64,000 bases of DNA from an uncultured Verrucomicrobiae bacterium (GTDB taxonomy: Bacteria > Verrucomicrobiota > Verrucomicrobiia > Chthoniobacterales > UBA10450), in contig CAWBFF010000008.1 of NCBI GenBank assembly GCA_963788065.1, positions 1,030,784 through 1,094,783 of the forward strand. The letters are read 5' to 3'. The notes under the pieces were generated by a model that was given only the letters and a program-made list of their open reading frames with translations, was not told the DNA's origin and did no database searches. Of this stretch, positions 1-8,826 are shown piece after piece; the first letter of the stretch is position 1; each line of letters starts with the position of its first letter. A program made the translations under genes and the position numbers.

Positions 1-135
1 AAGACCGAGCGTGCCCTCATTTCTGCCGTCGATAAAGCGGCCAAGCGCGGCATCATCCATCGCAACGCCGCCAACCGCCGCAAGGCTCGCTTAAACAAAG
101 CGCGCATGGCGCAACCCGCGCCCGCCGCGGCCTAA
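1..135 (+). CDS. rpsT: 30S ribosomal protein S20, C-terminal fragment (start lies upstream of window)
   Basis: Frame 1 from base 1 reads KTERALISAVDKAAKRGIIHRNAANRRKARLNKARMAQPAPAAA, then TAA (133-135). The basic KRGIIH-N-A-R-K-RL tail is typical of S20. It is absent from the ORF track because it has no start in the window. Confidence 0.7.
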   Translation, partial: KTERALISAVDKAAKRGIIHRNAANRRKARLNKARMAQPAPAAA

Positions 136-227
136 CGAACACGCGCGGCGCACCGCCGCCGCTCCTGCTCCGGCCCGCGCTAGAAAGCGCATTGCATAAC
201 GCGCCGGAGTGTTGAACTGTCCCCGCG

Positions 228-812
228 ATGATTCCCGCTTTTCTCCTCGTTTTCGTCGCCGTGGTCTATCGGATTGCCACCGGGATTTTGGTCCAGTCCG
301 GTTCCGCGACCTGGCTTTCCAATTTCGCCCCGCTGGCTGCAATCGCGCTCTGCGGCGCGGCCTTTTTCCCCGGGAAATACAAGTTCACTATCCCGCTGCT
401 GGCGCTGCTCGTTTCGGACATCGTGCTCAATACCTATTACGGTGCGCGTTTGCTTGATCCGCTGATCATCGGCCGCTATCTGGCTTTGATCGCGGTTGGG
501 TCACTCGGGTTGCTCCTCGAAAATCGCGCGTCGTTGAAAACGATGCTGCCGGCTTCGATTGGCGGCTCGGTTATTTTCTACTTCATCAGCAACGCGTTTT
601 CGTGGCTGAGCGATCCGGGCTACGTGAAGAGCGCGGCTGGATTCCTTCAGGCGCTGACGGTCGGCCTGCCCGGTTACGCGCCGACCTGGCTCTTCTTCCG
701 CAATTCGCTCCTGAGTGATCTCGCTTTCACCGGCCTCTTCGTTCTGGCGGTCCACTACGGACGCAGCCCGGAACGCGCTCGCGCCCACGCGACGTCGCCT
801 CGCCCTGCGTAA
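228..812 (+). CDS. polytopic inner-membrane protein (about 6 TM helices; resembles DUF6580-type putative transporter component, family call tentative)
   Basis: ATG at 228. The 194-aa ORF is dominated by hydrophobic helices (FLLVFVAVVYRIATGILV, NFAPLAAIALCGAAFF, IPLLALLVSDIVL, YLALIAVGSLGLLL, GGSVIFYFISNAF, LAFTGLFVLAV). The competing antisense ORF 501-1550 has Arg/Ala-rich junk composition. Confidence 0.6.
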   Translation: MIPAFLLVFVAVVYRIATGILVQSGSATWLSNFAPLAAIALCGAAFFPGKYKFTIPLLALLVSDIVLNTYYGARLLDPLIIGRYLALIAVGSLGLLLENRASLKTMLPASIGGSVIFYFISNAFSWLSDPGYVKSAAGFLQALTVGLPGYAPTWLFFRNSLLSDLAFTGLFVLAVHYGRSPERARAHATSPRPA

Positions 813-818
813 CCCGGC

Positions 819-1814
819 ATGGAAATGCCGGCGCAACGCGACGAGGTCGAAATGCTCGCGCTGATGCTGCTGATTCGTCGCTTTGAGGAACGCGCGAGTC
901 AGCAATATCAGGCGCAGAAAATTGGCGGCTTTTGCCATCTCTACATTGGCCAGGAAGCGGTCGTGGTCGGAGCGGTCGCAGCGGTGCGGCCGGATGATTA
1001 TTTGATCACGGCTTATCGCGATCACGCGCACGCGCTCGCGCGCGGAACGACCGCGGACGCCTGTATGGCGGAACTCTTCGGCAAGGCGACGGGCTGCTCG
1101 CGCGGGCTGGGCGGGTCGATGCATTACTTCGATCGCGATCGCCACATGTATGGCGGGCACGCCATCGTGGGCGCGCACGTGCCGCTCGCCACCGGGATGG
1201 CCTTTGCGTCGAAATATCGCGATGAAGATCGGGTCACGCTTTGCTTCTTTGGCGATGGCGCGATCAATCAGGGCGGCTTCCATGAAGCACTGAACCTGGC
1301 TGCGCTCTACAAGCTCCCGGTCATCTTCATTTGCGAAAACAACCTTTTCGCCATGGGCACGTCGGTCGAGCGCTCGACGGCGCTGAAGGAAATCGTAGAA
1401 CGCGCTGAGGGCTACGACATCCCGGGCTTCGTCGTCGATGGAATGAATTTTCGCGAGGTGCGCGACAAGGTCGCCGAAGTGGCGGAAAGCATTCGCAAGG
1501 AACCGCACCCCGCGTTCATCGAAATCCGCACCTATCGCTATCGCGGCCATTCCATGTCGGATCCGGCGAGTTATCGGACGAAGGAGCAGCTCGAGAAGTA
1601 TCGCATGGACGATCCGATCACGCGCCTGCGCGCGCAGCTCACGCGCGAAGGGAAGCTGACGAACGAGCAGTTCGACAAGATGGACAAGGACGCGAAGGAG
1701 ACCGCGCTCGCGAGTGTGAAATTCGCCGAAGAGAGCGACGAGCCGCCGCTCGATAAACTCTACGATTACACCTTCGTGAACGGCGACACCGCGACCGAGG
1801 AGGCGAAGGCGTGA
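819..1814 (+). CDS. pdhA: pyruvate dehydrogenase E1 component, alpha subunit
   Basis: 331 aa. TPP-binding region GDGAINQGGFHEALNLAALYKLPVIFICENN, plus GFCHLYIGQEA and the YRYRGHSMSDP loop. Followed by E1 beta with a GTGA start/stop overlap. Confidence 0.95.
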   Translation: MEMPAQRDEVEMLALMLLIRRFEERASQQYQAQKIGGFCHLYIGQEAVVVGAVAAVRPDDYLITAYRDHAHALARGTTADACMAELFGKATGCSRGLGGSMHYFDRDRHMYGGHAIVGAHVPLATGMAFASKYRDEDRVTLCFFGDGAINQGGFHEALNLAALYKLPVIFICENNLFAMGTSVERSTALKEIVERAEGYDIPGFVVDGMNFREVRDKVAEVAESIRKEPHPAFIEIRTYRYRGHSMSDPASYRTKEQLEKYRMDDPITRLRAQLTREGKLTNEQFDKMDKDAKETALASVKFAEESDEPPLDKLYDYTFVNGDTATEEAKA

Positions 1815-2794
1815 GGGAGATCACCTATCGCCAGGCGCTCAACGAAGCGCTCGCCGAAGAGTTGGAGCGCGACCCAAACGTCTTCCTCATGGGCGAGGAA
1901 GTGGCGCAATACAACGGCGCCTACAAAGTCAGCCAGGGCTTGCTCGATCGTTTCGGCGAGAAACGCATCGTCGACACCCCGATCAGCGAGAATGGCTTCG
2001 CTGGTCTCGGGATTGGCGCGGCCATGGTGGGCCTGCGGCCGGTGATCGAGTTTATGACCTTCAGCTTTTCGCTGGTCGCGTTCGATCAGGTGGTCAACAA
2101 CGCGCCGAACATGCTCACGATGTCGGGCGGGCAATTCAACATCCCGATCACTTTCCGCGGACCGAACGGTCCGGCGCATCAGCTCGGCGCCACCCATTCG
2201 CACGCCACTGAGTGTCTCTACGCGAATTTCCCCGGCTTGAAGATCTGCACGCCGGCCACGCCGCGCGACGCGAAGGGTTTATTGAAAACCGCGATCCGCG
2301 ATAACAACCCGGTCCTCGTCCTCGAATGCGAGCTGCTTTACAGCTCTAAGGGGATGGTGGAACCGGAGGATCAGGAGCTGCTCATCCCGCTTGGCGAAGC
2401 CGAAATCAAGCGCGAGGGCTCTGACGTGACGATCATCTGCTACGCGCAAACGGTGCCGATGGCGCTCGCGGCTGCGGCGCAGTTGGAAGAGCAGGAGATC
2501 AGCGCGGAGGTGCTCGACCTGCGCTCGATCAAGCCGCTCGATTTGCAGGCCATCCTGACCTCGGTTTCGAAGACGCATCGCGTCGTAGTGGCGGAACAGG
2601 ATCGGCCATTTTGCGGGATTGGCGCGGAAGTTTGTTTCCGGATTCAGCACGAGATTTTCGACGAACTGGACGCGCCCATCCTGCGCGTGAGCCAGGAAGA
2701 AGTGCCGATGCCATACAACGAGCGGTTGGAGCAAGCTGTCCTGCCGAACGCGGAGAAGATCGTGGCTGCCGTCTTGAAAGTCTGTCACGCCTAA
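1811..2794 (+). CDS. pdhB: pyruvate dehydrogenase E1 component, beta subunit
   Basis: 327 aa. The GTG start at 1811 overlaps the pdhA stop (1812-1814). E1-beta motifs: VFLMGEEV, RIVDTPISENGFAGLGIGAAMVGLRPV, LRSIKPLD. Gene order is E1a-E1b-E2. Confidence 0.95.
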   Translation: MREITYRQALNEALAEELERDPNVFLMGEEVAQYNGAYKVSQGLLDRFGEKRIVDTPISENGFAGLGIGAAMVGLRPVIEFMTFSFSLVAFDQVVNNAPNMLTMSGGQFNIPITFRGPNGPAHQLGATHSHATECLYANFPGLKICTPATPRDAKGLLKTAIRDNNPVLVLECELLYSSKGMVEPEDQELLIPLGEAEIKREGSDVTIICYAQTVPMALAAAAQLEEQEISAEVLDLRSIKPLDLQAILTSVSKTHRVVVAEQDRPFCGIGAEVCFRIQHEIFDELDAPILRVSQEEVPMPYNERLEQAVLPNAEKIVAAVLKVCHA

Positions 2795-2807
2795 CGAGGA
2801 GATCGCC

Positions 2808-4118
2808 ATGCCCGAAATCCAAATGCCCAAGCTGAGCGACACCATGACGGAGGGAACGCTCGTCGCCTGGAAGAAGAAAAAAGGCGACGCCGTTTCCACC
2901 GGCGATGTCATCGCTGAGATCGAAACCGACAAGGCGACGATGGAATGGGAATCGCCCGAAGACGGCGTCCTGACCGAGATTTACGTGGAAGAAGGCGGCA
3001 AGGTGGAAGTGGGCCAACGCATCGCGTTCATCGGCGCGGAAGGCGAAGAAGCGCCCGCGGAGAGCGAGACGAAAGAAGCGCCCGCGGAGGGCGAGAAGAA
3101 AGAAGAGCCCAAAGCGGAGAGCGAAAAACCCGCGCCGACAGAAGAAGAAAAACCCAAAACCGCTCCGCCGCAGGGGGAGAAAAAACCGGAACCGAAAGCG
3201 CCCGCAAGGGCGAGTGCCGGGGACGAAGGCAGAGTTAAAGCGTCGCCGCTCGCGCGGAGATTGGCGGGCGAAGAGGGCATCGATATTTCTAAGATCACCG
3301 GAAGCGGACCGGACGGCCGCGTGGTCGAAGCCGATGTGCGCGCGGCGATGAAAGCGCAGCCCGCGGACGCACCACAGAAGAAAACGGCCGCTCCTGCCGC
3401 GGCGCCGAAGAAACAAGCGGCTGCGGAGGGCGCGCGCATTGTTCTTTCCGGCATGCGCAAGGTGATCGCCGAGCGTCTCGTCGCCAGCAAAGGCCCGGTG
3501 CCGCATTTCTATCTGAGCATCGAGATCGACGCGGGGCCGTTGATGGCAGCGCGCGCGGACTTAAAGGCCGGCGGCGAGGGGAGTGATACCGCGAAAATCA
3601 CGGTGAACGATTTTGTTTTGAAGGCGTCCGTCGATGCCGCGGTCAAGGTGCCGAAGGTGAACGCATCCTTCGATGACGACGCGATTGTGCAATATCAGGA
3701 TATCGATCTCGCGGTCGCGGTCGCGCTCGAGGACGGTCTGGTCACGCCCATCCTGCGCGCGGCGCAGGGCAAGTCGCTGCGCGAAATCAGCGAAGCGGTC
3801 AAAGACCTCGCCAGCCGTGCGCGGAACAAGCGGATGAAACCGGAGGAGTTCCAAGGCGGCACCTTCACCGTTTCGAATTTAGGCGGCTACGGAATTGATT
3901 CGTTCTCCGCGATCATCAATCCGCCGCAAGGTTTCATCCTCGCGATCGGCGCCGTTTCAAAGCAGGCCGTGATCGACGATTGCGACAACGTGGGCGTGGG
4001 CCATCGCATGGCGATCACGATGAGCTGCGATCATCGTGTGATCGATGGTGCGCTGGGTGCGGATTATTTGAAAGAGCTGCGCCGGCTGTTGGAGAACCCG
4101 ACGCTGCTCCTCGTCTAG
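2808..4118 (+). CDS. pdhC: dihydrolipoamide acetyltransferase (E2) of pyruvate dehydrogenase complex
   Basis: 436 aa, with GAGGA upstream of ATG 2808. It has a single lipoyl domain with IETDKATME and a Glu/Lys/Pro/Ala-rich linker. The E3-binding segment is ASPLARRLAGEEGIDISKITGSGPDGRVV and the catalytic motif is DHRVIDG. Confidence 0.95.
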   Translation: MPEIQMPKLSDTMTEGTLVAWKKKKGDAVSTGDVIAEIETDKATMEWESPEDGVLTEIYVEEGGKVEVGQRIAFIGAEGEEAPAESETKEAPAEGEKKEEPKAESEKPAPTEEEKPKTAPPQGEKKPEPKAPARASAGDEGRVKASPLARRLAGEEGIDISKITGSGPDGRVVEADVRAAMKAQPADAPQKKTAAPAAAPKKQAAAEGARIVLSGMRKVIAERLVASKGPVPHFYLSIEIDAGPLMAARADLKAGGEGSDTAKITVNDFVLKASVDAAVKVPKVNASFDDDAIVQYQDIDLAVAVALEDGLVTPILRAAQGKSLREISEAVKDLASRARNKRMKPEEFQGGTFTVSNLGGYGIDSFSAIINPPQGFILAIGAVSKQAVIDDCDNVGVGHRMAITMSCDHRVIDGALGADYLKELRRLLENPTLLLV

Positions 4119-4130
4119 CCGTCTGCGGCC

Positions 4131-4463
4131 ATGGACACGCCGCCTCCCGCGAACAAGCTTCGCCCCGTCGGATTCGTGGCCCATGCCACGCGCGGGTTGC
4201 TGCGTGATCGCGGGACGCGGCGCAAGACCATCGCGGGACTCGTCGTGCTCGCGCTGCTCATGGTGGTCCTCGGTGCGACCGTGCTCAAAGGTGCGCTCGA
4301 TCCGATGGAGCACATCGGGTGGTTTTCGATTTATTGGCTGGTCTGCGGCTGGCTCACGATCACGGTCATGCTCATGGCCGTGCTCGATCTGCTCATCGTG
4401 CGCTCGGAGGCGCGGGCCGAGCGTCGGCGTTTGCGGGATGAGTCCGCACGCCGGAACGATTAG
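4131..4463 (+). CDS. small hypothetical membrane protein (2 TM helices)
   Basis: 110 aa, starting 12 nt after the pdhC stop. An Arg-rich N-terminus precedes two hydrophobic helices (IAGLVVLALLMVVLGATVL; WLVCGWLTITVMLMAVLDLLIV) and an Arg-rich tail. No family recognised. Confidence 0.5.
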   Translation: MDTPPPANKLRPVGFVAHATRGLLRDRGTRRKTIAGLVVLALLMVVLGATVLKGALDPMEHIGWFSIYWLVCGWLTITVMLMAVLDLLIVRSEARAERRRLRDESARRND

Positions 4464-5416
4464 TTAATCGCGTAGACTTCCACCAAGGCCACGCCGGTCG
4501 TCTGATTCTTCCCGCGAACGATCGCGGTGTGCCCGGTCGCCGGCAACGTCGCGACGATGGCTGATTCGAGATCGTTGGTCGGGGCCACACCTGTGGCGAT
4601 GATTTCCGCCTGCTGATCGCTTCGCCAGTTGTCGTTCGATGCCACCGTAACGCCATCGCGGTTGATTAGTTCGAGGGTCGGGTCAGCCAACTTTCCAGCC
4701 ACCTGCAGCGAAGGTCCGATGGCTCGGACGATGACTTTCTGTGTTGTCGTTCCGGTGACGATGAACCCGCCGATCATGACATTTTCCCCGGTCTGAACGG
4801 AGCCGCGGCTCGAAATGTTGGCCAGCTTGGAATCCACCGCCCGATCGAGATCGTACACTTCGACCAGGCCCACGCCCGTGCCGCCATTGGCGCCGCGCAC
4901 GATCGCGGTATAGGGCGCGCCATTGGCGGGCAGCTTTGCCAGGATGGCGGATTCCAGGTCGTTCGTAGGGGCGAGCTGGCTGTCGATAATCTCCTGGCGA
5001 TTGGGCGAATCCCTCCAGTTATCGTTCGATGCGATCAAGCCGGCGCGGCCATGCAACTCCAGGGTTGGATTCTCCAGCCTGCCCGCGACGGGCAGCGACG
5101 GCCCGATCGCGCGCAGCATCACGCGCTTCTGCTCTGTCCCGGTGACGATGAAGCCGCCGATGAGGACATTGTCTCCCGTCTCCACGCGGATGCGGGTGGA
5201 GATGTTTCCGAAGACGCTCGGAGTTGATCCCTCCACATCCAAGCCGGTATTGGTCTTGTCCGACTCGGAAGTGATCGCAACCTGCCGCGAGGTTTTCGCC
5301 GCAAGCTCGAGAGTGCTTAAAGGCGTTAATAAAACCAAGCCGATCAGAAGTCGGGAGGCGCTGCATCTTGTCAAAACCATGGCGACAGCATGCCGGACGC
5401 GACGGCGGTTTTCCAT
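4460..5416 (-). CDS. secreted protein made of two tandem copies of an unassigned ~120-aa module (paralogous to the C-termini of 58935-61106 and 61119-62306)
   Basis: Signal-peptide-like N-terminus (MENRRRVRHAVAMVLTRCSASRLLIGLVLLTPLSTLELAA). Two repeats follow: NISTRIRVETGDNVLIGGFIVTG...RAIGPSLPVAG...NPTLEL...ASNDNWR...APTNDLESAI...TAIVRG...GLVEVY and NISSRGSVQTGENVMIGGFIVTG...VEVYAIN*. The start is uncertain: TTG 5452, ATG 5416 or ATG 5380. Confidence 0.75.
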   Translation of the reverse strand: MENRRRVRHAVAMVLTRCSASRLLIGLVLLTPLSTLELAAKTSRQVAITSESDKTNTGLDVEGSTPSVFGNISTRIRVETGDNVLIGGFIVTGTEQKRVMLRAIGPSLPVAGRLENPTLELHGRAGLIASNDNWRDSPNRQEIIDSQLAPTNDLESAILAKLPANGAPYTAIVRGANGGTGVGLVEVYDLDRAVDSKLANISSRGSVQTGENVMIGGFIVTGTTTQKVIVRAIGPSLQVAGKLADPTLELINRDGVTVASNDNWRSDQQAEIIATGVAPTNDLESAIVATLPATGHTAIVRGKNQTTGVALVEVYAIN

Positions 5417-5509
5417 CCCATTCTGCTTGGGCTGCAACTCCGGACTGGCCAAGCGAGCAGCGCGACGGATAATCGCTGCCGTGGCCCGAGCACGCGCCTA
5501 ACGAAACGT

Positions 5510-6652
5510 ATGAGCTGGAAGACACGCGAGGAAATGGAGACGGACGAGCGCACGGTGCTCGCTTCCTTCGCGCAGAAAACAGGCGATTCGCGGGGCCGAA
5601 AACATCCGGAACCGCGCCATGCTTATCGGACGGAATTCCAACGCGATCGTGCGCGAATCATTCATTCACGCGCGTTTCGGCGGCTGGAATACAAGACGCA
5701 GGTTTTCCTCAACGGCACCGGCGATCATCTGCGCACGCGATTGACGCACACGATCGAGGTCGCGTCGGTCACGCGCACGATCGCGCGGGCGTTGTCGCTC
5801 AACGAGGATTTGGCGGAAGCGATCGCGCTCGCGCACGATCTCGGGCATCCGCCCTTTGGCCATTCCGGCGAGGAGATGCTGGCGCAGTGCATGCAGGGGC
5901 ACGGCGGGTTTGAGCATAACGACCAGTGTCTGCGCGTGGTCGAGTTGCTCGAGACGCCGTACCCGAATTTTCCGGGGCTGAATCTCACTTTCGAGGTGCG
6001 GGAGGGATTGCAGAAACACGCGGCGTTTTACGATCCGCCGGAGCCGGAAGGGGAGACGTATCGCTGCCCTTCGCTCGAGGCGCAGATCGCGAATCTGGCG
6101 GATGAGATTACCTACTACAGCCACGATCTGGACGACGCGGTCGATTTTGAAATCCTGAGCCCGGCGCAGCTGGAAGAGACCGCGATCTGGCGGCAAAGCC
6201 TGGCTAATGTGCGGGCGCAATATCCGGAGGTGCAGGAGCCTGAGCTGCACACCTTGATTATCAACAACATCATCGGCGTGCAGGTGCGCGATGTGGTGAC
6301 CTCGAGTGCGCGCGCCATTGCGGACGCGGGGGTCTCCACGCCCGATGAGGTGCGCCGGCAGGAGCGACCGCTGATTTGTTACAGCAATGAATTGCTAGCC
6401 GCGAATCGCGAGCTGCGGCGCTTTCTTTATCAGAACGTCTATTATCATCCGCGCGTGGCGGAGGTGAACCGGCAGGCCTGCGAGATGTTGCGGGCGGTCT
6501 TCGAGGCTTACATGCGCTCACCGGAGCGACTGGGGGAGCAGGCGGCAAAGCGGATCGAGGCGGAAGGTTTGCCGCGGACGGTGTGCGATTATCTGGCGGG
6601 GATGACGGATCGTTATCTGCTCGAAGAGCACGGGCGGCTGGAAGGTCGCTAA
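5510..6652 (+). CDS. dgt: dGTPase-like deoxynucleoside triphosphate triphosphohydrolase (HD domain)
   Basis: Motifs FQRDRARIIHSRAFRRLEYKTQVF, HLRTRLTHTIEV, AHDLGHPPFGHSGE, DDAVD. ATG 5510 (MSWKTREEM...) is preferred because the longer ORF start (5390) overlaps the 5' end of the divergent gene. Confidence 0.9.
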   Translation: MSWKTREEMETDERTVLASFAQKTGDSRGRKHPEPRHAYRTEFQRDRARIIHSRAFRRLEYKTQVFLNGTGDHLRTRLTHTIEVASVTRTIARALSLNEDLAEAIALAHDLGHPPFGHSGEEMLAQCMQGHGGFEHNDQCLRVVELLETPYPNFPGLNLTFEVREGLQKHAAFYDPPEPEGETYRCPSLEAQIANLADEITYYSHDLDDAVDFEILSPAQLEETAIWRQSLANVRAQYPEVQEPELHTLIINNIIGVQVRDVVTSSARAIADAGVSTPDEVRRQERPLICYSNELLAANRELRRFLYQNVYYHPRVAEVNRQACEMLRAVFEAYMRSPERLGEQAAKRIEAEGLPRTVCDYLAGMTDRYLLEEHGRLEGR

Positions 6653-7360
6653 ATGGAGACGCCGCGCGACGCCTCCGTCTCTGTAATCGTGCCGGTCTAC
6701 AATGAGCGCGCCACGATCGCGCAGGTCGTGCACGCGGTGCTGGCGCAGCCGACCGTGGCCCAGCTGATCGTGGTGGATGATGGCTCGAACGACGGCACCG
6801 CGGAAGCCGTGCGAGCGTTGGAAACGGAGCCGCGTCTCGTCTTTCTCCGGCACGACGTGAATTGCGGTAAAGGCGCGGCATTGCGCACGGGCTTCGCGCA
6901 CGCGACCGCGCCGATCGTGATCATTCAGGACGCGGACCTGGAATACGATCCGCGCGAATACGGCAAGCTGCTCGCGCCGATCGCGGAGGGGAAGGCCGAT
7001 GTGGTTTTTGGTTCACGCTTCCTCGGCTCGGAAGCGCATCGCGTGCTCTTTTTTTGGCACTACGTGGGCAATCGTTTTCTCACGCTGCTGAGCAACGCCG
7101 CGACCGATCTGAACCTGAGCGACATGGAGACGGGCTACAAAGCTTTCCGGCGCGAAATCCTGGGACGGATCGAGCTACGCGAAAATGGCTTCGGCTTCGA
7201 GCCGGAGCTGACCGCGAAGGTGGCGCGGCTCGGCGTGCGCATTTATGAGGTCTCGATTTCCTACCACGGCCGCACCTACGCGGAAGGGAAGAAGATCAGC
7301 TGGCGCGACGGCATTCACGCCCTCGTCTGCATTTTCAAATACAACTTCTTCGCGAAGTGA
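6653..7360 (+). CDS. family 2 glycosyltransferase (polyprenyl-phosphate hexosyltransferase-like)
   Basis: [24 protein letters not shown] and [11 protein letters not shown] (DxD) indicate a GT-A fold. ATG 6653 abuts the dgt stop (6650-6652). Confidence 0.9.
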   Translation: METPRDASVSVIVPVYNERATIAQVVHAVLAQPTVAQLIVVDDGSNDGTAEAVRALETEPRLVFLRHDVNCGKGAALRTGFAHATAPIVIIQDADLEYDPREYGKLLAPIAEGKADVVFGSRFLGSEAHRVLFFWHYVGNRFLTLLSNAATDLNLSDMETGYKAFRREILGRIELRENGFGFEPELTAKVARLGVRIYEVSISYHGRTYAEGKKISWRDGIHALVCIFKYNFFAK

Positions 7361-7369
7361 GCGCGCGCT

Positions 7370-8032
7370 TCAGGCCGCGGCGTCGCCGGCCTCTTCGCGC
7401 AGATATTGGATGACGAGGCGGAGACGTTGCGAGACGGAGAGCTCCTCGAGCAGTTCCTGCCGGCGCAGCGGATCTGTCACGAACGTCGCGGCCATGAGAT
7501 CGGCCAGCATTTCGGGATCGTTCAGCTTGTCCAGATAGCGATCGACCTTGTCCGGGAATTTGCGGCCGCCACGCTTGAAGCGGGTGTAAAGATCGAGCAC
7601 GCGGGCGGCGAGCGCGTCATTCTCGGGCGTTGTCTCGACGGGTGTAGAGATGAGCGGCTCGATTCGCGCGATCGGGAACGGATGCTCCTGAGCGAAGCTG
7701 TTCAGACGGACGCGGTGCAAGCCTTGCAGGATGAGATTGGAGGTGCCGTCGCCCCGACCGACGCACGCGCGGATGAGGCCGACGGTGGCGACGCGGCGCA
7801 AATCATCCGCGGATTGCCAATCCGAAAGCGGCGGATCAATCAGCGCCACGCAGAACATGCGCGGCCCGGCGAGCGCGTGTTCGAGCATGGTGCGGTAACG
7901 CATTTCAAAAATCCAAAGCGGCAGAAGCGCGTGCGGAAAGAGGAGCGCGCCCGGCAAAGGCATCACCGGGACGGCGTCGGGTAGTGTGAGCGAATCGGAA
8001 TCGGACATGGCAAGGAACGAGGGCCGTTCCAC
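7370..8032 (-). CDS. stand-alone Lon N-terminal (LON substrate-binding) domain protein
   Basis: 220 aa. The opening VMPLPGALLFPHALLPLWIFEMRYRTML and the overall length match LON-domain-only proteins. No AAA+ or protease region is present. Confidence 0.8.
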   Translation of the reverse strand: MERPSFLAMSDSDSLTLPDAVPVMPLPGALLFPHALLPLWIFEMRYRTMLEHALAGPRMFCVALIDPPLSDWQSADDLRRVATVGLIRACVGRGDGTSNLILQGLHRVRLNSFAQEHPFPIARIEPLISTPVETTPENDALAARVLDLYTRFKRGGRKFPDKVDRYLDKLNDPEMLADLMAATFVTDPLRRQELLEELSVSQRLRLVIQYLREEAGDAAA

Positions 8033-8083
8033 AGCATAATACGATCCTCAGCCCATTTGAGATGAGGGAAACGCGTGATGAAA

Positions 8084-8794
8084 TCACCGCGCGCTCGAGA
8101 AGCGGCGCGCTTCCGCGAACGAAAGCTGGCCGGCCAAGGTGGCGCGCCCGAGATGCGCGTAATTCAAAACTGAGCCGCATCGGAGCAGCGCGATCCTGGA
8201 TGCTCGTCCCAGTTTTCCCACGCCCATCGCGCTGAGCGGGAGGCGCGTCTTGTATTCGTCGAAGAAGGCGAGGAGCTGGGCGAGATCGCGCTCCGTTTCC
8301 GTGCGGACAACGATCTTCAACGTGCTCCTGGGAAACGCCAGCGCCCTTTCGACGATCCGCTCCAGCTCCCGGGGCGACGGCATACGATCAAGTGCGTGCA
8401 CAGAAAGGATGCGTCTGACATTTTGTTCGTCCGCCGTTGCCAGCAGGCTTCGCATTTGCGCGGCGGAGCGGAGTTCGATATCGATCGCGGCGGCATGTGG
8501 CAGGAAACGCTGGAGAAGATGGCGCCGCTGCGCAGCGGACAGATCATTGCGGCCGCCTTCCGCCGGATGGCGCGCAGTAATGAGAAGCGGTCGCGGCAGG
8601 CGCGCGATCTCGTGCTCGGTCGCGACCGAGAGCGGAAAGAGCGCGTCGAGCCGCACCTCGAAGAACTCTGGCTGGTGCCGCAAGCGCAGGGCTCGAGTCA
8701 GATCGGCGGGCGACGCGATCACCGCCACGAGGCGTGGAGTGAAGCCGACTCCTTTGACCGTTCTGCCCTCTGTCATATCTTCATGGTTCGCCAA
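8084..8794 (-). CDS. aroD: type I 3-dehydroquinate dehydratase
   Basis: 236 aa with a type I DHQase-like pattern: FFEVRLDAL, LLITARHPAEGG, AIDIELRS, ILSVHAL, STLKIVV. Assignment is by motif resemblance only. Confidence 0.75.
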   Translation of the reverse strand: MANHEDMTEGRTVKGVGFTPRLVAVIASPADLTRALRLRHQPEFFEVRLDALFPLSVATEHEIARLPRPLLITARHPAEGGRNDLSAAQRRHLLQRFLPHAAAIDIELRSAAQMRSLLATADEQNVRRILSVHALDRMPSPRELERIVERALAFPRSTLKIVVRTETERDLAQLLAFFDEYKTRLPLSAMGVGKLGRASRIALLRCGSVLNYAHLGRATLAGQLSFAEARRFSSAR

Positions 8795-8826
8795 TTGCTG
8801 GATGAAGGCGAACCTCCTCCGTCACC

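Noticed and set aside
3040-3200. Imperfect direct nucleotide repeats (for example AAGAAGCGCCCGCGGAG twice) inside pdhC
   Set aside because: They encode the Glu/Lys/Pro/Ala-rich flexible linker of E2 (EAPAESETKEAPAEGEKKEEPKAESEKP). This is normal low-complexity coding sequence, not a regulatory or mobile repeat.
5510-6652. dGTPase-like gene as an anti-phage dNTP-depletion defence gene
   Set aside because: It is embedded among housekeeping genes (PDH, GT2, aroD) with no other defence or mobile genes nearby. It has the ordinary dgt-like HD layout, and nothing in the sequence distinguishes it from the housekeeping paralog.
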